A stretch of 38,837 nucleotides of DNA from a virus. Lineage: Duplodnaviria; Caudoviricetes. The stretch lies in the IMG/VR virus record IMGVR_UViG_3300031860_000069, positions 1 through 38,837 of that record; one strand, 5' to 3'. Below the pieces are notes generated by a model. The model did not search any database and was not told the DNA's origin. It saw nothing but the letters and a program-made list of their open reading frames with translations. The translations under genes and the position numbers were made by a program. Positions 25,281 to 34,014 of the stretch are shown here, one piece after another; the first letter of the stretch is position 1, and the number at the start of each line of letters is the position of its first letter.

Positions 25281-25946
25281 CTATGCTTCGGCGAGGTCGA
25301 AGACCTCCCACCAGCAACGGCAGTTGAAATGCGGCCAGTCGCCCTTCGGAAACTCCTCGTCAATGCCGATCAGCCCGGCGTTGGCGTTTTCTAGGCAGTC
25401 GTCCTCGACGAACTCGTCCTCTTGGGTGAACCACTTCTTGCCCCGCGCGACGTTGGTGCCGCGCATTGCCGTCTTGAGGCCGTCGCGCTCGGCCATGGTG
25501 GTCTCGTTGTAGGCGATGGTCTTGGCGCGCGCGCTGTTGAAGGCCGCGGCGCCGGCGATCGCGTCGACGAGCTGCTTGGCCGTCACGCTGGCGGTCAGTG
25601 CGTCGACGAGGGTCGTCAGCAGCATGCCGGGCGTGCGCTCTTTGAGCCCAGGGATCAGGTCGGCGGCTTGGCTCCGGGCCCATCGCGCAGCAAGCTCCGG
25701 CATCTCGGCCAAGATGGCTGGGACCTCCTCACCACCCTCCTCGAGCGGCGGCAGCCCGAGGTTGGCGCGCGCGTCGTTCCGAGTTTCCGGCACATCTCCA
25801 GTAAAGCCAACATTGCGCAGACCGTCTGCGTAGACGGGTGCCAGATCGGCGGCGATGTCGTCCTCGAGGACCGACCAGTCGCCGAGGTCCACCTGCGCGA
25901 GCAATTCGGCGGCGCGGCGCCGGCGTTGTTCCTCGGCATCGGCCAT
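25281..25946 (-). CDS. Mu gpF / SPP1 gp7-like minor head protein
   Basis: ARAKTIAYNET; KKWFT..DEFVEDDC.ENA..G.I.IDEEFP.G..PHFNCRC. Confidence 0.85.
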   Translation of the reverse strand: MADAEEQRRRRAAELLAQVDLGDWSVLEDDIAADLAPVYADGLRNVGFTGDVPETRNDARANLGLPPLEEGGEEVPAILAEMPELAARWARSQAADLIPGLKERTPGMLLTTLVDALTASVTAKQLVDAIAGAAAFNSARAKTIAYNETTMAERDGLKTAMRGTNVARGKKWFTQEDEFVEDDCLENANAGLIGIDEEFPKGDWPHFNCRCWWEVFDLAEA

Positions 25947-26146
25947 CGAGACCCCGCATGGTGATGGGTAAAGTCTTGGTGTGGTTGATCGGCGGCCGGC
26001 GGCTGATGCTGAGCGGCTTCGTCTTTGTGCTGTTGTGCCTTGGTGCCGCGGCGGGCGTTGCCGCGATCGGCCTACTCGTCGGCTCCGCTTTGCAGTAGCT
26101 CCTCGACCCGCAGCTCGCTGGCACCCTCGTCGAGCGCGCCCTCGGC
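25944..26146. repeat. Diverged copy of 30275..30413 (portal ParB-like C-terminus + spacer + RBS)
   Basis: Minus frame AEGALDEGASELRVEEL...E* versus AEGALEDGATEMRVQVL...E*; shared TCTTGGTsTGGyTGATCGGCGGC block. Confidence 0.75.
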
Positions 26147-26159
26147 GATCTGCGCCAGG

Positions 26160-26549
26160 TCAATCGAATAGAGGATCGAGGTTGGCCTGTGGGATTTCGA
26201 CCGTTGAATTGAGCGCGAGGATCCGGCCGTCGCTCAGCGTAACCTGCGCCTCGAGGACATAGGTGCCGCCCAATGCGGTGTCGGGAAATGTCCCGATCGA
26301 GGCGATCGAAAACGCGCCGGTGCGGGTTTCGATGCGGCCATCCGCCCAGCGTACCTGGATTGTGTCGGTGGCAATGACCGACAGGATGCGCGATGCCGGG
26401 TTGGAATCGGTTGCCGTCTGGAACGGCGCCAATGCGCATGACCAGGCCGTCGAAACGATCGTGGCCGCGCCGACATCCGCGGTGAAATCAAAGCAGAAGT
26501 TGTCGGTCTCGCCGATCTCGATCGGCGAAAACTGCCCGAGGATGTGCAT
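26160..26549 (-). CDS. Putative fibre adaptor / structural protein
   Basis: FSPIEIGETDNFCFDFT...YVLEAQVTLSDGR; follows the fibre gene. Confidence 0.6.
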   Translation of the reverse strand: MHILGQFSPIEIGETDNFCFDFTADVGAATIVSTAWSCALAPFQTATDSNPASRILSVIATDTIQVRWADGRIETRTGAFSIASIGTFPDTALGGTYVLEAQVTLSDGRILALNSTVEIPQANLDPLFD

Positions 26550-26555
26550 TGGCCG

Positions 26556-27575
26556 CTACCAGGTCGTAAGCGCCGCGCGCACCCACGTGTTGGTGGCGAT
26601 GCAGACGTAGAAGAAAGACGCGTCCCACGCGATCTGCCCGGCGGTGCCGACATCGTCCGATGCGGCCGGGGTGTGCGTGGCTACCGCGAGGCTGGCGCAG
26701 TAGACGAGGCCGGCGTGGTTGTCGACCTCGAGGGTCGCCGCCCCGCTGACGGGGCCGACCGCGAACCCCTCCCCGCTGCCGCTGCCGGTCGCGAGCGAGA
26801 TGGTGATGGGGTCGGACAGAAAGACGAAGGAGGCGAGCGCGCCCGTGTGCAGGCCGATGCGCCAGTTGGCGTCGGTCGGGCCGTTGAACCTGAGGTCCTT
26901 GCCGTTGTCCAGGGACAGGTTGGCGTTGACGACCTGGACGTAGTTGTTCACCAGGCCCTGCAGCCAGGCCGAGCCGTTCGCCCCGATCACCGCCTGGCCG
27001 GTGCCTAGCGTCGGCTGCATGTTCTGGCCGATGACGGTCGAGCCGTTGTTGCTGTTGTCGGTCGCGTTCTGCCCGATGACGAGCGAGGTGTCGCCCTGGG
27101 CTATCGCGGACTGCCCGATGGCTATGGAGGCCCCGCCGAAGGCCCTGGCGTACTCCCCGACGGCGACGTTGTCGTCGCCCACGGACTGGGCCCACCCGCC
27201 GAAGCACGCGTTGTTCCGGCCGCCGTCCGTCGGGCCCGCCAGGTCGCCGAAGCCCGCGTTGAAGCTGCCCGTGGCGTTGAGCCCGGCGTCGTAGCCGAAG
27301 TACGCGTTGCTGTTCCCGACGTCGACCTGGCCGGCGTTCGTGCCGAAGTAGGTGCTGTAGCGGTTGCCGTTGGTCCCGCCGTTGGCCGCGCCCGCGTTGA
27401 GGCCGACGCCGAGGTCGTTGGAGTTGTTGAAGTAGGGGACGGTGAAGCCGGTCGACAGCGCCGCAATCGCGCCAGTGGTCGTTTTCGCATTGGCGCCGCT
27501 TTGGACAACGCGGACGAGCTCGCTGCCGTTGAGCGTGCCGGCGGCAGGTTCCTGGCTGGTTTTCAGATTGGCCAT
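26556..27575 (-). CDS. Fibre/adhesin-like protein with YadA-head-like repeats
   Basis: N-terminal KTSQEPAAGTLNGSELVRVVQSG; repeats NVAVGEYARA-SIAIGQSAIA-SLVIGQNA; C-terminal GTAGQIAWD...YVC.ATNTW.R.AL.TW. Confidence 0.75.
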   Translation of the reverse strand: MANLKTSQEPAAGTLNGSELVRVVQSGANAKTTTGAIAALSTGFTVPYFNNSNDLGVGLNAGAANGGTNGNRYSTYFGTNAGQVDVGNSNAYFGYDAGLNATGSFNAGFGDLAGPTDGGRNNACFGGWAQSVGDDNVAVGEYARAFGGASIAIGQSAIAQGDTSLVIGQNATDNSNNGSTVIGQNMQPTLGTGQAVIGANGSAWLQGLVNNYVQVVNANLSLDNGKDLRFNGPTDANWRIGLHTGALASFVFLSDPITISLATGSGSGEGFAVGPVSGAATLEVDNHAGLVYCASLAVATHTPAASDDVGTAGQIAWDASFFYVCIATNTWVRAALTTW

Positions 27576-27748
27576 TATTCTCGCTCCTCCAGACCGCCGT
27601 CCTCGCGCAGTTCAAACCCGCCGTCTTCGCGCAGTTCGAGATTGTCGCCCGGTGAAAGCCCGCCCGGCGGCTGCCCGGCACCCAAAGGCGAGAGCACGCG
27701 CACGCGCCCGGGCGAGGTGAGAATGCGGCCGAGCCCGACCGAGATCAT
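27575..27748 (-). CDS. 57-aa protein with (E)LREDGG repeat
   Basis: ...LELREDGGFELREDGGLEERE; TAATG overlap with the fibre gene. Confidence 0.55.
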   Translation of the reverse strand: MISVGLGRILTSPGRVRVLSPLGAGQPPGGLSPGDNLELREDGGFELREDGGLEERE

Positions 27749-27750
27749 GA

Positions 27751-28278
27751 TTAGCTGCGCAGATCGGCGAGCATCTGATCAGTCGCCGCCTTCAGCGCTT
27801 TCTTTTTGCCGCTGGTGTCGACTGACATGTCTGCCTGCACGGCCGCCTGGCGGCGGTCCATCGGTTTGCCGGGGTCGTGCAAGCCGCCATCGTCGGCGCG
27901 CACGATGTGGCCGCCCATCCGCTTGATGGTGGCCGCTTCGACCGGAGACCGTACCCCGTCGACCACAACCGATTTTCCGGCCGCAAGCCGCTTTTGCACG
28001 CGGCGCTGCAACACGACACTCGTCGCATTGGGTGCCGCACTGTGCGTGGCGTCGCCGACGGCTTCCATCAGATCGCGCGGCGCCGCACCGCCCAGGCGCA
28101 GCGTCGGGTTGTCGCGCAATTTGCCCTCGGTCTGCGCCTTGTTCAGACCGGCGAGCGTGCGCACGGCCTTCTTGACGGGCGCGCCGGCATGCAGCCGGGT
28201 GAACCCATGCGCTGTGCAGAGGTGCTTGCAGACGTCGGTCTTGCGCGCACCGGAATGCCCGGTGATGCCGATCAGCAT
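27751..28278 (-). CDS. Deoxynucleotide monophosphate kinase-like protein
   Basis: LIGITGHSGARKT P-loop; F..LH.GAPVK; PRDLMEAVG; VVVDGVRSPVEA..IKRMGG. Confidence 0.7.
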   Translation of the reverse strand: MLIGITGHSGARKTDVCKHLCTAHGFTRLHAGAPVKKAVRTLAGLNKAQTEGKLRDNPTLRLGGAAPRDLMEAVGDATHSAAPNATSVVLQRRVQKRLAAGKSVVVDGVRSPVEAATIKRMGGHIVRADDGGLHDPGKPMDRRQAAVQADMSVDTSGKKKALKAATDQMLADLRS

Positions 28279-28310
28279 GATATGCTCCGAATAGAAAGGG
28301 GGGTCGCCCG

Positions 28311-28874
28311 ATGCGTGAATTTGTTCAATCGGCCCAGCGCGAGCTGACGCGCCTCGACCAAGAGATCGACCGTCTTGGGAAGGAAGCCCAAGAAAACTAC
28401 GGGCGCCGGGCGCTGCTCAGATCATTGCTGGCCCTATACGCGTGCGATGCGCGCCAGCCAGTGTCGGGATCGCCGCTTGCGCTGGACTCGACCATCCCGT
28501 TGCCGCCGATCCGCCGTTCGGTGACCATCCGCGCCGCTGCACGAACCCCAGTGACTCTGACCCTGCCTCAGCAGCGGAAGGCCGCTCATCATAAGCCGCG
28601 GCAGCAGCCCCCGCCGCGCCAGAAGGTGACCCGCGAGGAGGTCATCGAGGCGGTGCGCTCGTTATCGACGGATCATTCCGAAGGGGTCGGTCCGACACAG
28701 ATCATCGACAAGCTGAAGAAGCCTGACCAATACATCGACTATCCGCAGGTCCAGACGCTGATGGCGAACCTCGCCAGAGGCAACGAGATCCGCAAGCTCG
28801 GCGCCGGACGCTATCTGCCGCTCAGGTCTGCCGGATCTCGACGAGGATCGTCTGACCCCAGGGGTCCTGGATGA
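28311..28874 (+). CDS. Hypothetical protein, coiled coil + C-terminal winged helix
   Basis: N-terminal helix, Pro/Gln linker, VQTLMANLARGNEIRKLGAGRY. Confidence 0.65.
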   Translation: MREFVQSAQRELTRLDQEIDRLGKEAQENYGRRALLRSLLALYACDARQPVSGSPLALDSTIPLPPIRRSVTIRAAARTPVTLTLPQQRKAAHHKPRQQPPPRQKVTREEVIEAVRSLSTDHSEGVGPTQIIDKLKKPDQYIDYPQVQTLMANLARGNEIRKLGAGRYLPLRSAGSRRGSSDPRGPG

Positions 28875-29025
28875 AGACCATCGGGTGCGGATTATTGGCG
28901 ATACGCTGGCGCACCGGCGGCGGGCAGTGGTCGTAGCCCATCATGTTGCGCACCGAGTCGATCGCCGGATAGGGGTCGAGCCCGGTCAGCACGACCTCGT
29001 CACGCAGCGGCCGGCGGCGGATCAT
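28822..29025 (-). CDS. Small hypothetical protein
   Basis: 67 aa from MIRRRPL, 2 nt after the upstream stop. Confidence 0.5.
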   Translation of the reverse strand: MIRRRPLRDEVVLTGLDPYPAIDSVRNMMGYDHCPPPVRQRIANNPHPMVFIQDPWGQTILVEIRQT

Positions 29026-29027
29026 AG

Positions 29028-29435
29028 CTATCGAAAGTGCTGCTCGAGGATGCCGAGGGCCGCGATCAGGATCCCCGAGGCGGCTTCCTGGCTGACCCGG
29101 TGGCCGCTCCAGCCCTGCTCGAGCGCCCATTCCTTGACCGAGCGCTCCCAGCCGACGACGTGCCACAGGACGGAGCCGCCGGGTGAGCCGATGCCGCCGA
29201 CGGCCAGGATGGCACCCCACACCCGCTCGCGCGCTGCCTCGATCCCGGTGCCGCGGCTGGAAGGCGCGGGACTGCCGCGGGAGGGTAATCTGGTCATGTC
29301 GCTGGCGCGCAGCGGATCGAGTTGCGCTAAGCGGAAATAGTTGCGGAAGATGTCGCCGGCGCGGCGCATCTCGGCAGTGATCGAGCCGCGCCGCTCCATC
29401 GTCTTGAGTGTGTCGATGGCGCGGCGACTGGTCAT
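29028..29435 (-). CDS. DUF6456-like protein
   Basis: DTL..MERRGSIT; AVGGIGSPGGSVLWHVVG.ERSVKEWA...GILIAALGIL; ATGA-coupled start. Confidence 0.72.
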   Translation of the reverse strand: MTSRRAIDTLKTMERRGSITAEMRRAGDIFRNYFRLAQLDPLRASDMTRLPSRGSPAPSSRGTGIEAARERVWGAILAVGGIGSPGGSVLWHVVGWERSVKEWALEQGWSGHRVSQEAASGILIAALGILEQHFR

Positions 29436-30121
29436 ACTTTCGCCAGCCTTCGCCCAATCCGACTTTGCATCCGGTGCGAGCGTCGCGACACGCGGCCGAG
29501 CTCGTCGGGCTTGGTGATCTGTGTCCATTGGCCGTCGGGCAACTCGATCCCGAGGTAGCCGCCCGACAGCAACGCCGGCGCCGGCGCTCTCAGGCGGCGC
29601 ATTGCGTCATAGGGGCCAGGCCCGCCGGTGAAGTAAGCCGGGTAGCAGAAATCGGTGAGCCGCACCGTCGGCCAGCGGTGTTTCGCATAGCCATTGCGGT
29701 CGGCCTCGACCGCGTCGCAGACTTCCTGCAGGCAGTGATATTCACTGTAGGGAGCCGGCAGCGGCAGGATCGTGTTGGCGTCGGAATCGGCGAGCATCTC
29801 GAGGAGCTCGTGCGTCAAGTCGATCGTCCACGCCTCGCCATATTGCATGGCGTCCGCGGCAAAGACCTTGCCCTCGGGTGTGCCGGTGTCGTCGTCGTGG
29901 TAGCCGCCAGCGCCGGGCACATCGGTGGTGTCGAGGATGTAGAGCGGCCAGCCGGCGGAACTCGGCACCGCAGCGCGAAGACCGGCGAAGTGCAGCGTCG
30001 CGCTGAACTGCCAGTGCGGTGCAAAATCCTCGAGGACCTGCGCTTGAAAGGCCGGGATGCAGGCCTTGATCTCCGCATCGGTGAGAACCGTGCAGCGGTT
30101 GACGATGACGATGTCGGTCAT
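29432..30121 (-). CDS. Zincin-like metallopeptidase
   Basis: GGYH; THELLEMLAD (HExxE); EVCDAVE; DFCYPAYF. Confidence 0.6.
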   Translation of the reverse strand: MTDIVIVNRCTVLTDAEIKACIPAFQAQVLEDFAPHWQFSATLHFAGLRAAVPSSAGWPLYILDTTDVPGAGGYHDDDTGTPEGKVFAADAMQYGEAWTIDLTHELLEMLADSDANTILPLPAPYSEYHCLQEVCDAVEADRNGYAKHRWPTVRLTDFCYPAYFTGGPGPYDAMRRLRAPAPALLSGGYLGIELPDGQWTQITKPDELGRVSRRSHRMQSRIGRRLAKV

Positions 30122-30130
30122 TGCGCGTCC

Positions 30131-30277
30131 TTACTGCGGGTAAACTGCGGTTACCGGCGGCATGGTCTTGACGAGCAGCACCAGCAGGTCGAGGACGGCG
30201 AGGCCGAGCGCGCCCATCAGCAGGTAAGGGTTGAGCTCGCCGGCGGCGCGGTCGAGACTGCGGGCCAATTTGCGCAT
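30131..30277 (-). CDS. 48-aa single-pass membrane protein
   Basis: MRKLARSLDRAAGELNPYLLMGALGLAVLDLLVLLVK...; GAGG RBS. Confidence 0.5.
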   Translation of the reverse strand: MRKLARSLDRAAGELNPYLLMGALGLAVLDLLVLLVKTMPPVTAVYPQ

Positions 30278-30341
30278 CGCTAGCCTCGCATGGTCATGGA
30301 CAAAGATCTTGGTCTGGCTGATCGGCGGCGCCCTGGTCGGC

Positions 30342-33300
30342 TTACTCGCTTGGCTTGCCGGTCAATACCTGGACCCGCATCTCGGTGGCACCGTCCTCGA
30401 GCGCCCCCTCGGCGTGGTGATGGCCGGCGAGGATGTAGTATTTGCCCTGGCGCTCAATGACGAACGGCGTCTCGTCGCCTTGCCCGTGCTGACGAAAATC
30501 GGCCGCGTCGTCCTCGACCCGCTTGTCGTCGACCACGCGTTGGGTCGCGACGAGATCAGCCATCGGTACAGTGCGGGTTTCAGTTTTCGGCAGCTCGCCC
30601 CGTGCCATGGCGTCACGAATCAGCTGCCAGGCTATGTGCTGAACGTCTGCCTCCGTGACGTCGGGGGCCAGCGGCAGCTCGGGCGGCTCCGCGTTCTCTG
30701 GGGCAACATGGCCACTGGTCTTCGCAGCGGCGTCTTCGAAGAACCGGCAGTGGCCATTGGGCGAGATCTCGCCGCGCACTAAGGTGCAGCGGGAGGCCTC
30801 GCCATCGACCGGGTGCGGGACGTAGTCCGCCTCGTCCTGGCTGATCGTGTCGCCGGCTTTGCTAACGATGCCGCTGATCAAGCGCCACGGCGGCGGCAGG
30901 TCTACAGCTTCTCCCAGCCCTCCAGCCGCAGCTCCTGCGCCAGTTGCTTGGCCACGTACTGCGCCCGCCCGGCGAAGAAGTGCTCGAGCCTCCTCTGCAA
31001 TCGGGTCTTGGTCTGGTCCAGCAGGGCGATGTTGCGGCGGCTCTCCCGCCGCTTGGCGAAGAGGGTCGTCGGCGACTTTGCCTACCCCGTCCTGGTCGGC
31101 GATTTTCTTTGTGCCGGCGCGTTGTTTGCCGTTCGGTTTACCACCTGCTCCGCCGGCTTCGGCGCCGCCCTCGGGCTTCGGCGGTTTCTGCCGGTTTTTG
31201 CCGTTTGTCGCCGGCGGCGATTTTTCCGGCGATTTTTGGCCGGGGTTGGCGGCCGCCGGCGGGCTCGGCTTTTTACCCTGCTGCGTGCTCGAAGTTGGCG
31301 GTTTTCCTGGTCCCCCGGGTTGAACGTTTTGCCCATTTTGACCCGGCGCGCCGCGCGGTGGCGGCAGCATCGGCATGATCGGCTCGGGCGGGTTGAGGAT
31401 CGAGTCGAGCGTCACCGGACCGGTGCCGGTCTTGAACAGGACCTCGTCGCCGCCTTCGACCGGGTCCATGCCGAGCTGGTCGCGCGCCTCGTTGAGCGTG
31501 TAGATGCCGCCGGCGGTCAGATTGACCAGCATGTTGGCCTGGTCGGTCGGATCGATCGGCTTAATATCGCTCCAAGCAAACTCGAGATCCGGGTGGCCCA
31601 TGCGGCGCTGGATCACATGATCAACGAGCCGCTTGACCCAGCCCATCAGGGGTGCGAGGCCCTCTTCCAGCGCGGCTTCCTGCGCGGTCTCGGCGGTCGC
31701 TCGGTTGACCTGGCGGGTGAACGCGGTGGGCGGCAGCGAAAACGCAAAGCAGATGACCCGCGCGCGCCATTCGTCGTAATCGTCCTTTAAGGGCGGTTCC
31801 TTGATCGACTGGTACTTGGCGCCCTCGGGTCCCCATAAGAGCTTGGTGCGCTCGGCGGTGTTGCCGGCCAGTTTGGAATCGAACCAATCCTGGAACTGCG
31901 CGATCTGCTCACCGGTCCAGCCGTCCGGCGCATTGACCATGCCGGCGGGGATGTTGCCGACGGTGAAGTGCTGCAGCTGCATCACGCCGCGGCGGATGCT
32001 GGTGTTGATCGTCAGCACGATCTGCTCCACCGGGCTGTTGCCGCACCACGCCGGTTTGCCATTGCGGCGGACATAGACGATGCCGTTGGGGACCGTCACG
32101 CAATGAACCGTGCCGCTGTACCAGCTTTGCGATGCCCGCACCGACATCGCCGAGGAATACCGCACCGACACGACATAACTGTCGCGCACATTCGCGGGAC
32201 GTCCGCAGATCATCGCCTTGCCCGCCGTGCGGCGGTGTCTCACCGAAGCCGACCACCCTAATTTCTGCGCCAGTTCGACGAGCTGATCGGCAAGGCGGCA
32301 AGAAGTCGTCGTAATCCGAGTGGCGGGCTGTCCGGCTCTGTTACCTCTGCCGCTCTTATTGGGCCGAGCTTCCAGGCAACCGTCGCCGAGCACGAAATGA
32401 TCCCAGAACAGCCGGATCTGCCGCGGCGTTGCATCCATGATCTCAGTCGGCACGAACTTCTCGTGCGCGAGGCCGAACTGTCGAAAGTGCTGGGTCAGGC
32501 AGTACCGTGGAAACACGAACGCGCGGCCATCATGTTGCGCCGGCCCGCGCAATACTCGCGCCGCCAACCGAGAATAGGCTACGTAGCCCCTTGACCCTGG
32601 GTGCTGCGAAATTTCGATGCCGCCTTGTGCTCTAACGTTCCCCTCAGCGAGATAGGCACCCAGCAACGCGCAGTAGTCGTCGCCGCTGATCACAACCGGC
32701 TTTTCGCCGCCACGGTGGTGCAGATACTCAAGTGGCCTCGTCGTACCGTCAGCGTAGTGCCGCAACACGGCAACCATTGCGCGTGGCTCGGCAATCGCAA
32801 AACGCTTTTCGCCGACCTCGACACCTTGCCACTGCGAGGTCATCGGGATCTTGATTGCGCGATTGAGATGTGCGGCAAGATCTCCGGCTGAGACAATTGC
32901 CTCGCCGGCAATTCCACCGCGCTGGCCATTGCGATCGCCCTTGCCACCGCCGAGCGCTCGCGGCAGCGACGTCACCAGCATGCGGTGCTCGGGTGTCACC
33001 TGCAGATCGACCGCGCGCGAATGGAAGCGGTAGATCGGCCCATCGTGGGGCTTCGCGATAAGATGCGTCGGCCGCTGCCATTCGAATGCTTTGGTCGCCA
33101 TATTGCGAGTGGCGACCTCGTCCGCCAGCGTCACCGCTGAAATCTTCAGCCAGCCGCGGCGGGTCAATACCTCCATATCGGGAGTGTAGCAGAAGCCGTA
33201 GAGGTGATCGGCGCGCGGATTGCGCGGGAAGTAGATCAGCTGTTGATCGGTAAACTGGTTGAAGACCTCGCCTTCTTCGGTATTGGTGCGGGTCCCGTCC

Positions 33301-34013
33301 TCAAGCAGCACCCATGGCCGCCCGTGGATGATCTGCTCGAAGGCCGGCGCTGGCGGCCGCGGCCGCCGGCCGGTGTCATCGATCAAAACCTTGATCGTGG
33401 CGCCATCAATGATGTCGAGGCCGATGATGTCACCACCGCGGTTGAGCCGCGGCTCGATCGCCGGTGCATCGGTGACCAGCACCTGATCGGTCAATTCGCG
33501 CAGCCAGGTGGCGAATGGCGTGATCCCATCCGGGTATTGCCAGAACGCGGTCAGCTGCTGGATGCGCTTGTCGGTGCCGGCCTTCTTTGCCGCGTCTTCG
33601 TCGCGCTGCTTGATGGCCCAACCAAGCTTCTCGACCTGGTCCTTGCGCGTCTCGATGCAAAGCCGGGTGATGTCGTCATTGGCCAACCACTTGAGCTCGG
33701 GAAAGCCGATCGGCTCAAACGAGCGTGGCGTATAGATGTAATTGATGCCGACCGGAAAGTTGTAACGGCGGGTGCGCTCGTAATCGACCGGCACCAGTGG
33801 ATAACCCGGTGCAAACAATCCGCCCGATGGCTGAAAGACCGGCGCGAACTGGTTGATGTCGCCATTGGTCACCGGACGGGGGCTGCCAGCAGCACCACCG
33901 CCTTGGCTCCAGGCGTAGCTCGAGACCGGCGCGCCTTTGCCGCGACCGCGGAATGGCGCCATCAGTGTGTTGACCATGCCGACAAGCGAGGTCTGGGTTC
34001 CACCGCGCGGCAT
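30342..34013 (-). CDS. Portal protein with intein and C-terminal HiPIP-like/ParB-like extension
   Basis: CIETRKDQV; IDGATIK; LYGF/SPVEQI; WTGEQIAQFQDWFD; ICFAFSLPP; NRATAE; TLNEARDQLG; follows TerL. Confidence 0.9.
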   Translation of the reverse strand: MPRGGTQTSLVGMVNTLMAPFRGRGKGAPVSSYAWSQGGGAAGSPRPVTNGDINQFAPVFQPSGGLFAPGYPLVPVDYERTRRYNFPVGINYIYTPRSFEPIGFPELKWLANDDITRLCIETRKDQVEKLGWAIKQRDEDAAKKAGTDKRIQQLTAFWQYPDGITPFATWLRELTDQVLVTDAPAIEPRLNRGGDIIGLDIIDGATIKVLIDDTGRRPRPPAPAFEQIIHGRPWVLLEDGTRTNTEEGEVFNQFTDQQLIYFPRNPRADHLYGFCYTPDMEVLTRRGWLKISAVTLADEVATRNMATKAFEWQRPTHLIAKPHDGPIYRFHSRAVDLQVTPEHRMLVTSLPRALGGGKGDRNGQRGGIAGEAIVSAGDLAAHLNRAIKIPMTSQWQGVEVGEKRFAIAEPRAMVAVLRHYADGTTRPLEYLHHRGGEKPVVISGDDYCALLGAYLAEGNVRAQGGIEISQHPGSRGYVAYSRLAARVLRGPAQHDGRAFVFPRYCLTQHFRQFGLAHEKFVPTEIMDATPRQIRLFWDHFVLGDGCLEARPNKSGRGNRAGQPATRITTTSCRLADQLVELAQKLGWSASVRHRRTAGKAMICGRPANVRDSYVVSVRYSSAMSVRASQSWYSGTVHCVTVPNGIVYVRRNGKPAWCGNSPVEQIVLTINTSIRRGVMQLQHFTVGNIPAGMVNAPDGWTGEQIAQFQDWFDSKLAGNTAERTKLLWGPEGAKYQSIKEPPLKDDYDEWRARVICFAFSLPPTAFTRQVNRATAETAQEAALEEGLAPLMGWVKRLVDHVIQRRMGHPDLEFAWSDIKPIDPTDQANMLVNLTAGGIYTLNEARDQLGMDPVEGGDEVLFKTGTGPVTLDSILNPPEPIMPMLPPPRGAPGQNGQNVQPGGPGKPPTSSTQQGKKPSPPAAANPGQKSPEKSPPATNGKNRQKPPKPEGGAEAGGAGGKPNGKQRAGTKKIADQDGVGKVADDPLRQAAGEPPQHRPAGPDQDPIAEEARALLRRAGAVRGQATGAGAAAGGLGEAVDLPPPWRLISGIVSKAGDTISQDEADYVPHPVDGEASRCTLVRGEISPNGHCRFFEDAAAKTSGHVAPENAEPPELPLAPDVTEADVQHIAWQLIRDAMARGELPKTETRTVPMADLVATQRVVDDKRVEDDAADFRQHGQGDETPFVIERQGKYYILAGHHHAEGALEDGATEMRVQVLTGKPSE
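32037..33191 (-). mobile_element. Intein (385 aa) with LAGLIDADG homing endonuclease in the portal
   Basis: Starts CYTPDMEVLTRRGW; block B VTPEHRM; LLGAYLAEGN and FVLGDG; ends VHCVTVPNG..YVRRNGK...CGN followed by +1 Ser. Confidence 0.93.
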
Positions 34014-34014
34014 G

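Noticed and set aside
26556-27575. AAC-rich fibre gene as a diversity-generating retroelement target
   Set aside because: No reverse transcriptase and no template-repeat copy in the window
30131-30277. Holin
   Set aside because: Single TM helix and 27 kb from the endolysin; no support beyond hydrophobicity
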